Position numbers and translations under genes: made by a program
Part shown: positions 39,401 through 51,400 of the stretch, piece after piece
How positions within the stretch are numbered: position 1 is the stretch's first letter
Layout of the letters: each line of letters begins with the position of its first letter
Source: Carcharhinus longimanus
Taxonomy: Eukaryota
DNA length: 64,000 nucleotides
Reading direction: 5' to 3'
Assembly: GCA_030264375.1 (NCBI GenBank)
Contig: JASCQW010000148.1
Coordinates: forward strand, 18,874,118-18,938,117
The notes under the pieces: model-generated
Seen by the model: the letters and a program-made list of their open reading frames with translations, nothing else
What the model was told of the DNA's origin: nothing
The model's database searches: none

Positions 39401-42400
39401 TGGTGATCATATTCAACAACTACTCAAGTTTTAAATAATTTTATCCTGGGTTTCCCAGAGCCGACTGAGCTTTGAATTACAAATTGGGCACAGTACCACT
39501 GACTACCAGATTTATTGTGGCACAGAGCAGCTCTATTATAGGATACATTATTTAACAAAAACAAATTCAAACATGTAACTGGTAAAAAGTGATAACTCTT
39601 GATATTTTGCAATAACTTAAAAATCAGAATGGAACAAAGCAAAAGTATCTTTCCAAGGCCACCCTGTTGATTATAATTGCTTACATTATAAGCACATTTT
39701 TTGGCACACAGCACAACTGTTTGTTAATCACTTGATATTTATCATGCACTAGACTGGAAAATTTACCACGCCTCTTTACTAAGACTACAGAGTTAATTAA
39801 TGTAATTCAGCGTGCTGTTTTTATACAACAAATTGAAAACACATCAATTACCACGGTAAAATGTTTTGTCTACAAGGCTACATATTAACATACCTTAGCG
39901 ATGTCATTATGACCAATTAGGTCACACATTAGAATCCCATTTAAAAACATTTGAAATATAGATTCACTATCAACTGTTAATTAATTACCTGCAATATCTT
40001 GTAGTCGGTCTTCATCAATGTTTGGATCAAAATCGCTTCCTAAGACATCAGTGCTCCAGGTCTCACTCACAGTTTCGGAAATATCCCTGTCATCTGTCAG
40101 CCCCATCATGTCTCGGATTTCAAATTTACGTAGCTTGTCATCTAGATTGTCTTGTGTTGTGGCTAAAGTGGGACCAAAGTGGCATGAATACTCTTTATCC
40201 ACATGAAGTTCAGTTAAAAAGAAAATAATGATTCCTCAGGTTAAAAATGTGTATACAACATTAAAAAATGTAACTGCAGCATTCTCAGAGCATTTCACCA
40301 AGTGCAGGAACAGGATACTAAGATGAATTTGGATTAGAGGTAAGTTTACAAAGACACTGAGAATATTGTTGTGTGCTATAATAATACTTACGTCAAAAAA
40401 TGAAATCATAAAACCATTTTTAAAATGTCACTTACACAAAAATAGCACCCATGCAACTCAAAATAAAGCTATCAGGCCCACACACTGCAAGTGCCAACTT
40501 GTTCGTCATCTGCAAAATGCACTTTTTCCTCCAACCCTAATTTCTTCTGATATATTGCTCCTAAACTATGCAGCACTGATTTCAGAATACTATCATTAAG
40601 TGTATGTCACCTGTGGGTGTCAATTTTAATTATGAAAATAATTTTCCCTAAAGACAAAAATAAAATTTAAGCAGCAAATATCTGTCCACAGAGAATACTG
40701 CAACTCAAATTAAAAGGTAGAAATTATCAAAACTTTTTTTGCATTCTACATAAATCTGTTACTTCAACCTGAGTTTTCTTCTTGTAGTCGCAATATTTTA
40801 TTTTCCTAGACTCATTTTTTAATATTCCAAGACAATTATTTTCTGGTGAATCGAAGTTTAAGACAGACTAGGATTTTCCATTGTTGGACACTGGTAGTTA
40901 TCAAGATGCTTTAATAACAGCATCAGCAGAATTATAATGCTTTGCCTTGAGGCTAGAGGAAGAAGGCAGGGGTTAACAATTGTAATAGGTGCACCAGTTC
41001 CCAAAAACTGCATGCACCAGCCCGAGGAGTATTTCTACTTTTAAAAAAAAACACAAAATTAAGTTCCAATTTTTCACACAAAAGAACTGGGCACAGTTGT
41101 AGGTGGTCACATTTGATCAGTCTCGCAATCACTTAGAGCATGAAAAGAAAACCTTTAATCTTGATGTCATATGGACAGCTCATTATGGTTAGTTTAATAA
41201 ATACTCGGAAAGCAAAAGACCGTACAAGGGAGTAGATTTGAATTCCAAGTCAGACTTTGTGGTTAATGCCTACTATTGCCACTTGACTGCTGAAAAAGGG
41301 CAATGCAGCAATAACAGAAAAAACAGCTCCAATCCAATTTACTAAGCTGCAGGTAGGAAACATCCTACTCGGTTACAATTATCTTTTGCAGACATATACA
41401 AACCATTTATTAAAAGAATATGATATCTTACAATGTGCCAAAGTAATGAATGACCATGCCTAATTGAATATTTTCACTTTACATCCAGGCTCAAAAGCCA
41501 TATTCAATGCAGAGCTCATCCACGTTATCTTTCCCACAGTCAAAGATCCAAACAAGCCTGCCCTATCTCTACACTCAGGACTGAACTACAGTGTAATTTA
41601 TTCTTATTTTGTGATCTTTAGGTTCATGGAATTATGTTTACCTCAACACATATGTTGATAAATTCTCAATGTCAAAGCTGCATGTTCCACCCATATCATC
41701 AATTACAACTAAATGAGACTTAAAACAAGCCTGAAGCACAACTTAGTGAACCATGCACTAATATGTTAAGAAGTTGATATGAACAAACTCTACGATTATC
41801 TTCAGCAGAAAACATGCTGGGCTCTGTGAACTTCACACGACAAACACTTGACTGAATAGCAATGAAGAACAATGGTTGCATTTCACTATAGATGCTAAGA
41901 CACTGTGAAACTAAGAATCTAAGCATCTCACCTCCAGAAGTCAAGGGCAGAAAATGTAAATAACCTCAATTATAGGTTGCTGTGTGCGCGTGCTTGCAAT
42001 ACGTGTTCAGTGTATTGGTTTAAATGGCATGGAAAAAGCAAACATTTAGAAGATCACTCTACACAAGCCCCCTAGATCTTGACAGCCAAAATGGACAAAT
42101 AAAGTGCACTCATCCTGGTTCCCATTTGCCCAGCTTTTCCTACCATGAGGGATCATGTCAAACCAAAAGAGAAGCTGCAACTCCAAGTGTATTTTTTTCT
42201 CTACGAGGTGCAAGATCTTTGACAACATTAAACAACCTTCATATCAAAATAAACACTTCAGTGGAGCACAATCACCCCACAGACCTCTGCAGTCTTTAGG
42301 TCCTTTCACTAAGATAAGGGCATCAGCACAACAGCTAGAAGATGGCAATTCGCAGAAGCAGTGAAGCTCAGTGCACTCTCATCCAACACTAACACACCAA

Positions 42401-45400
42401 AACCATCACAATCACTGAGGCCGTAACACAACCACAGCCAACAATACATAACAAATAAGACTGTCTCAACTAACACCACACCATGGGTCAAATTGACTGT
42501 TAGAAGGATAGTCCTTCCAACTGCATATAACAGGAATTACAATTCCACTCTGCAAATGTTCAAAATCCATTCAAATAACCCTAATGCTGCTGTAAAACAC
42601 ACTGTTGCTCCTAGCACTTTACCATGTCCAAGCAATAACAGTAATGAAAATTAGATGGAAATAACACATGACATGATGTGCTAACAATGCATAAGAGGTG
42701 ACCAGCTGGTGCAGCTTCTTCCACTAAACAGTCTTGCTGACCACTGTTGCCTAAAAGCAAGATTTAAAAGTGGAAATAAAATGACATTCAGCCTTCTACT
42801 TGTAATTGGCAAGCAGAAAAGAATTTATCCTCATCGACCAGAGATGGCTGAGGAGGAAATAAGACATTCAATTTTCAAGCATTTTCTCACCACTGAAGAA
42901 GCAACCCATCAAACCAAATGTGGCAGGGCAGTTCAAGGAATTAGACCACCTAAATCTAGACTCCTCAGCCTAGGGCTCCTTCTCTTTTCCATCACATACA
43001 TACAATCTGCTAAGATACTAAGCTACAGAGCATCAGATCTCCCACGGTATTCCCCACTTCGTCACCATCTTTAATAGTTCCAACCACAATCACCAGAATT
43101 TCTTTCCAATGTCACTGAACAATTTTTTTACACAACAGGCTGCTCACCACCCAAGTAGCAGTGACAAATTCTAGCTTAACTGAACAAGAAATTCAGCTTA
43201 CCTCCACAAATATACTCATTTAAAAGTACAAGAGGGAAATGTTATACTCTAGACAGTGAGGCAGTGAAGGACAGAACTGGAGCCTTGTCCTTATCTATTT
43301 CTAAACTTATTTGCAGACACACACATTATACACGTGGACCTTTAAGCCAACAACAGTTTGTCAACTCCGATATCAATTCCCAGTTAATGCCTACCACCTG
43401 ATTAAACACCAAATTAATATAGAATAAAAGGAAGATTTTCACAACTGCATGTATTCTATTCGTATATATATTTTGTGAGGTACAAGGTGAATCTGAATGA
43501 AGTTAATCCACTCAGTAGCTTGGCTCAATGTCCTTAGAATCCTGCTTTGCTCACTCAATCTTCAAACTGCATTATCACCATTCTGTTTACTTACCTTGTT
43601 CATGCTCCAACAGCTGTAGCGCTTCAACACCATTACTTCCAGACGGTCCTGCTCCGAGTTCAGAGACTGACTCTCCTTCCAAATCCAGTGAGGAAACAGA
43701 ATTTGAGCGGTTTGAAGGCCCTATTTGAAGTAAAAGGGTCAGTTAATTTACTTCCAATAGTAAACGTAATTAAAAGAGACAAGAAAATATGAAAGGGCTG
43801 ATTTCACGCCCTAATACCCCATGGAACACAGTCTGCCAATGATACCTGCAGTTTTTTTTTTGAAAACCTTGTCTCACCATTCAGCAAGTAGAGTAATTCA
43901 ACTAACAGCACTCACAGCTTTAATAGGCAAAGTGAATGATGGTTATGACAAGCAACTTATTCACCCACACAACATAAACAGGGTTAAATACTAACTGGAG
44001 TTTTTAAACAAGTTAGCTTCCAAAATGTCATCAATTGATCAACACACCACATCCTTGAGCGCTCTAATGAACAGGTTAGATATTTCTTTAAGCTAGTGTT
44101 ATATTTATTTTGGATAATGTGGTGGCTTTAGCTGCAAAGGATTGACACCGACATTAAAACTCAAAGATTCAAAGTATATTTTTGCCACCAAATGCTCACA
44201 ATAAATAGTTAATATGGTTTTCAATTCAACATTTTATGGTACAAGTCAAGGCATTCTTATTGTCTCCAATTTGTGCCTCCAATGGTGTTAATACTGGTGT
44301 ACAAGAAGCATCACTCAATCCCATTTGAAAATCATTCAGACACGAAACTATCAAGGCTCAGAACTTTACCTACAGCCATACACAAAATGCACACAAAGAT
44401 AGAAAAGATAGATTTAGAGGGGTTACCAAAAGCTTGATCAAAGAGATGATTTTTTTTAAAGTGTGAAAACAGTGGAATGGGGAAAGGGCTAAGGAGGAAA
44501 TTTGTGAACCTATAAAATCAGTGATAAAAAGCTGCGCCACTAATGGTGAAGCAGAGAGGTTACAGAAAAGAGGCCTATTCAGAATAACAAATATATTGGT
44601 GGATGGCAAGAACGTGAGAATGGAGGGGGTTGTGGTGACATGTTGGAGTGAAACCATGGAGGATTTAAAGACGAGGACAAGGATTTTAAAAATGAAGCAA
44701 AAGGAAACCAGTGGGATCTGGGGGAATTGAAGTCTCACCTTCTGATATTCCCTCCAGATTATCGCTGCAGAGGGAAAAACGCAGAGTTTTATCTGGTTTG
44801 CCATGCAATTTTCCATCCTCTACAGGCACTTCTCCCTGCCCACTCTCAGCAAGCTGCATGTTCAACACCTGATCAAAATAAATACATTACTCAAGAAACA
44901 TGCATATCATCTGTGATTTGGTTATTTATATTGCTAATACAGTCTACTTTTGTTACTATTATTAGATAATGTAAATATTTTAAACACAATTTCCTCTGAT
45001 TTAAGTCACTGATAATTTAACTGTTTGCAAGCATAATACATTCAAATCACAATACTACCAATTAATTTAGTTAAATTGCACTGATCACATTTAAATCAAA
45101 TCCATTGTCGGGTGCAGTTGTATTGGGTTGGGATTGCCAACTGATGAGAGAACACAGTTATACTGCTGTTTAAGCTAATCTTTCTCTGCACCTTAGCTAC
45201 ATTTTGCACCTTCTCCTTTCCTTCTCACTTATGTACTCTATGAACAGCATGTTTTGTCTGTATAGCGTGCAAGAAACAACACTTTTCACGGTATGCTAAT
45301 ACAGGTGACAATAAGAAATCAAATTAAAATTCACTGGCAGAAGCCCAGTGTAAACTGAAAACCAACTGAAGAAACAAATAATTTGACTAAATTGAACAAT

Positions 45401-48400
45401 AAACCTGGGTCAAATCAAATTACTTACTGTTGCAAATGAGCTTTTTTTTGTTGTTACCCATGAAAAACAAATCATTTTATTTTTAAAAGCAGAAAGTGAA
45501 AAGTAATATTTTACATAACAGCAGCAATTCACAACACAAAACTTAAGTAGCTGGGAGAAGTTTTCAGCCCAAACTCTTTTTTAAAAAACTTCTGTGCATC
45601 TTTTTGGTCTTCACAGCAGTTGAGCAAATTCCACAGTATTTAAAAGACAATGTAATAAAATGGCCACTAGGTGGTGCAAATAACTTCTTGCCTCTCCAAA
45701 AGTTACTGGAACTGTTTGCAATTTTTTCTACATAAATTGATGCAAACATGCCAATGTGGGTTGTTTTTGGGTAGATAAAACTCAAGAAACATGCATGAGT
45801 TCAACAGTGAAACACAGAAGTGAAACACAATGTAGAACTACTATGATAGTATTTGAGGGGATGAGAACACAGCACTACAGTTGTAGGCAAAATGCATTAT
45901 ATAATTAACTGTGGTAACAGAAAGCCACTATACTCTGGATCTCACAGGAATGCGCAAAACACAGATTAAATATTAAACGCTACAACAAATTAAACATACA
46001 GAATGAATTTTAAAAACTTAAATTTTTTTTCATTCAGTCACATTCTTGCAGGCGTAACCTTTCCATCACCCCACAACAACTCTACCGAACAAAAAGGATT
46101 GTGTCTCAAGTTGAGGGATAATGGGGACAGAATATAGCAATATACATCTGCAATTTTAGAGTTAACCTGATGCAATTCTGCTCTTTGGTCACAAATATAT
46201 CATTTGTTTTACGAAGTGTTGTCAGAAAGCAATTGGGTTACTACTATTTTTTATTTTAAAAAAATTTTACATTCTTACACCCTTGCAGTTCATGAATATC
46301 AGTCAAAATAATTTTGCCTGTGTATTTTAAAAATATGCATCAATTCTTGGAGCATACTTGATCTTTTTAAAACGGAAGTAAAACAGTGTGGCACGGTGAC
46401 ACGGTGGTCAGCAATGCTGCCTCATAGCACCAGGGACCTGGGTTCGATTCCTAGCTTGGGTCACTGTCTGTGTGGAGTTTGCACATTCTCCCCGTGTCTG
46501 CATGTGTTTCCTCCCACAGTCCAAAGACGTGCAGTTAGGTGCATTGGCCATGCTAAATTGTCCCTTAGTGTCAGGGGGACTAGGTAGAGTAAATTCATGG
46601 GATTATGGGAATAGGGCCTGGGTGGGATTGTGGTTGGTGCAGACTCGATGGGCTGAATGGCCTCCTTCTGCACTGTAGGATTCTATGAAAACCTTTGTGT
46701 GGTGACATATGGAAGTGATAGTGCCTACTTTTCTCTCCCAGTTGCTTGGTTTCCAAGTTATATTAGTTCAAACAATAGACAATCGAACCCCAATCACCCG
46801 CTATTTCCGTGTTCAATGAGCAGCTAGGACATATGAACAATGCCTCAAATGCTCTAATTTTCTCTGCCAGTGCTTAGCTTTCCTGAAAAGCAGATGCAAC
46901 GATCCAGTGGAAAAGGAAACAATCCCAGTCTAATAAAAGGACAGATTTAACTTTATTACTTGCATATTTCTTGAAACTTCATTGCAGTCATTGTAGGTCT
47001 GGTTGATGTACAGCATGTTTGAGACTTAAGCTCACTCAAGCTACTAATCTAGTCTACAGTACCCATGTAATTGACTTGTATTTTAGTAACTCTCCATCAC
47101 ATCCTTCATTCTATCTCTAGTCTCAATGATTCATTCAAGATTCATCACCTTTGGCTGTCAGGTAACGTATCTTATCTCGATGTACCAATAGTTGTTCAAC
47201 AAGCTGTCTTGCACCACAATGTCAAAAAAAGAAATCAACTAACATGTAAATGAAAGAATTGCATTAAAATGATTTTCCTGATTTTGTCAATCATTAACCT
47301 TGAAGCAATCTGCTGTGCCAATTAGATGAAGACACAATACTTCAGAATTAATAATACATTCAAAGTCAATTTCTTGAAACTTCAGAAGCTTGAGATATTT
47401 CTCAATTTTCGAATGGGACATTTTTGCAACCAATTTTCCAAAACATCGGTATGTTTGCCCATACTATAAACTCAGTTTCCCTCTTAAAGTTGATAGGGAA
47501 GTATTTGAAAATGTATTTCAGTCCAACATAAAAGTTTATTTTTGAAGGATATTTCAATCCCCCCTTTCATAATTTTTAGCACTGTAATTCTGCCAAAGCA
47601 TGATGTGGAGATGCTGGCGTTGGACTGGGGTGGGCACAACAAGAAATCTCACAACACCAGGTTAAAGTCCAACAGGTTTATTTGGAATCACGAGCTTTCT
47701 GAGTGCTGCTCCATCATCAAACGAGTCACCTGATGAAGGAGCAACGCTCCGAAAACTCGTGATTCCAAATAAACTTGTTGGACTTTAACCTGGTGTTGTG
47801 AGACTTCTTGCTGTCAAAGCATGGCTGAGAAAGAGATGATATGATCTAACTTATTTGCTGCAGCAACTTTCTGTAGTAACTTGCACCTTTAAAATGCCTT
47901 TAACACAGAAAACATCCCAAACCACTTGAGATGTGAAACTTATGGAAATGTTAGTGTACAGTTAAATAAAAGTGACTAAAAAACAGTAGAGAACTGTTTT
48001 GGGGAAGCTTTGGAAGAAGGATGAGACTTAACAGAGGGATTCAGTAAAAGAAATAAAGCTGGAGGACAAGACAGGGTATAGGTTCTAAATGTACCTAAGA
48101 ATTTGAGCAGCTCTGTCCTTCTTTATGATTCTTCCCTCATTAATGCTCATAACCCAAGTCATCTGTATCCATTAAACTGATTAGCTGGGGCAGGGAGACA
48201 TTCCCTCAAATGTTTAGAAAGAGGTTTATTTCAGAATAATTGGTCAAGATCCATCTACTTAATTCCCCAAAAATACTGGGTTCTTAGAACACAAAAATGA
48301 GCAAATCTGTATCATTTGGGATTATACCTCATTTTCTGACATCATGCCTGGTGACATCTGTGATGTAATGCCCAGTGAAATGACCAAAACTTCTTCAGGC

Positions 48401-51400
48401 TGCACCTCCTGTAAGGGCTCTTGAGTTGAACTTTCATGTTCAAAGTGTTGTTCTTTTGCTTCATTTGTCCTGTTTCTGTTCCTTCCAGCTGCAAATGATA
48501 AAGTAATGATAAAATCAGCTCAAGTCTCAGTTTATTGAAATTACTAAGAACACAGATGGATTTAACAGATCTAAACTCAACTAAAAAATCTCAGCATTGT
48601 TCACAATGGAAAGCAAACATGTTACCCAACTGGGCACATTACACACTGATAAACTGTTTATGTTAGTAGTGGATTGAGTGTCATCAGGAAGATGACTGTG
48701 GTGATTCTACAAGAAGATTCAGCATCCTGAGATTTGCAGGTCAACTGGCTATGATAAATTGCCCCTTTATATTCAGGGGGTTAACAGGGTAAATAGGTGG
48801 GGTTATGGGGATAGGGCCTCAGTGGGATTGCTGTCAGTACAGGCTCAATGGGCCAAATGGCCTCATTCTGTGCTGTTGGGATTCTAATGACCATTCCCTG
48901 GGAGAACTTGGATGGGCAATAAATTTCCAATGTTGCCCACATCACAAAAAAACTGATCCAAGCAGCATTTACTCACATTTAAAAAGGCATTATCTTTGTG
49001 AGAAAGGGTATGGCAAAAGTTTTGTTTTGTGTAAGGAGGACTTAAAGAATAATTAGGAGCAGGATAGGCAATTCAACCCCTTGAGTCTGCTCCCCCATTT
49101 AACATGAACATGGCTGATCTAATCTCAGCCTCAACTCCACTTTCCTGCCGCTCACTATAGACCTTCAAGTCCTTAATAAATAAAAACCTTCCACCTCTTT
49201 CTTAAATTTATTCAAAGTCTCTGCACCCACCATGCTCTGAAGTTGTAAACTTCAGATTCACACCCCTTGAGAGAAGCAATTTCTCCTTGTGTCTGTTTTA
49301 AATCTGCTATGCTACCCCTCACTCAAACAATGAGCTCTTGTTCTAGATTGCCNNNNNNNNNNNNNNNNNNNNNNNNNNNNNNNNNNNNNNNNNNNNNNNN
49401 NNNNNNNNNNNNNNNNNNNNNNNNNNNNNNNNNNNNNNNNNNNNNNNNNNNNACCCCTCACTCAACCACTGAGCTCTTGGTCTAGAGTGCCCCACAAGAG
49501 GAAACATCCTCTCCATTTCGCGTGTGCATATTGGAAGCGTCTCCAGCTACTCCAGTTTTAGCTCAAGGTTTCTAAGCTTGAGAGGCAGCTGGAGTCACTG
49601 AATCAGAGCATCATGGAGGAAGAGTATCCTGGATCACACTTTCCAGGTGGTAGTCATCTCATAGACAGTGAGATTTCAGGATAGTAAGCAAGTGGTCAAA
49701 AAGAGTAGGAAGAGGCAGATGGAGTCTTCAAGGTGCGCCAATTGCAAACAAATACTCAACATGAGACACTGCTGGGAGTGATGATGCCCTGAAGGAATGC
49801 AGCCCAGAACGTGCCAGCAATGGGTAAGGGATTGTACAAAAAGTAACAGTTTAGAAATGCTGCTGTTATAGGAAATCCCATTTTTTTAGGGGGCAGATAG
49901 ACATTTCTGTAACTATCATTTTGAGTCCCACATTATGTGTTGCCTCCCTGGAATAAAATTTGGACCAAGTCCAGAACCAGAATGGGTCCGAGCAGAACAC
50001 AGTCAGAACGTCAGTGAGTAGGCCATCAATGAGTAAATGTTTTTTGATAACACTTGTTGATTCCTTGCTGGTTACTCTGTTGGTGATCCAAAATAGGCAA
50101 AGAGTACAATAATTGCCAGAGTTGATTTGCCCTGATTTTTGGGCAGGTATACTTGGGCATTTTTCCACATTGTCAAATAATTGACAATATTGTAACTGTA
50201 GTGGAGCAGCTTGGCTTGTTTGGAGGCACAGTTTGTACAAGTTTTCAGCTCTGCAGCAAGGAATCTGTCAGGAGTTATAGCTTTTCCACTGCTCTCAACC
50301 ATTGCTTGATACTGCACGGAGTGAATCAAATTCGTTGAAGACTGGCATCTACAAAGGCCAAAAGGATCATGTAGTTGACATTTCTGATTAAGATGGTTGT
50401 GAATGCTTCAGCTTTCTCTTCTGCATCCATGCACTGGCACTGCCATAATTGACAATGATACATTTACGGAACCTCCTCTCCCATTCTGTTGCCTTCAACA
50501 TACTACTTTGAATGCAAGAAAACCCAGTTGGTTTAGTTGCACCAGGTTGGCACCAAATTTTCAGATACCCCTAGTGCTGCGCCCAACATACTCTTGTACA
50601 TTTTTCATTGAGCAAGAGTTATCTGGCTTGATGGTAAAGGAGGTGAGGAATATGCCAGGCATACAATTATGCTGCTGCCCAGAGTAACCTGTGCACTCAA
50701 TTTTGGGATATTAGATCTGAAAGGAAGTTTCTGCCACTAAATTGCAACTGAGGACTTGAGACCGTTGAAGCAGTTTTTCTTAGAAAACCTTTACCTCATG
50801 TGAGAAGAGAATCACTCAAGTCTGAGCCAATCTGAATCCATATTTCCTTGACCCAAGAACTATAGTTTAACCCATAGTACATAAGTAACTGCTCATGAGT
50901 ATTCAGATTTTTATTTAAATGCAGGATATGAAATAGTTAATGTAATTTCATAGAAATTCAAACATGTTGCTTCAAAGCCTGCTTAGTAACATTTGAAAAT
51001 AAAATGAATATCAACAAAAAGCATCTTGATCTGCCAATTTAAATAAGTTCCATTATTTGACAGAATTGAAGAAAGTTCGCCAATTTTCTTAAACTGTTCT
51101 ATTTTTCCGTTGCATTTAGAAAACAGCAAGTGTTTTTTTAAGCAGCAGTCACAACTGAAAAGAATCAGAATAAAAGACATTGAACATGCATTTTAGCAAT
51201 TCCAACAGAGTAGTTTTAAATTATCCCAGGGTTCTTGGCATAAATCTAGCATTTCTGGAACCTTCAAGGCACAAAGAAGGGTTACCCACCAAATGGAGTT
51301 ACAAGGGGAATATGAGCGGTCAGATTTGTAGCTGAGGTATCCCAGGCGGTAATGGCTGCTAATTGTTGTCCTGGGTATAGGCAGCATTAAAAAGGGAAAT

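Noticed and set aside
40163-40192. In-frame 30-nt upstream extension of exon 39989-40162
   Set aside because: The upstream AAG acceptor is purine-rich and poor; no independent support.
45428-45440. Strong gtaagta donor with a possible 13-nt microexon
   Set aside because: The acceptor is preceded by an A-run rather than pyrimidines, and the length breaks the frame.
46388-46460. tRNA-like A and B boxes
   Set aside because: These are SINE heads followed by the V-domain, not tRNA genes.
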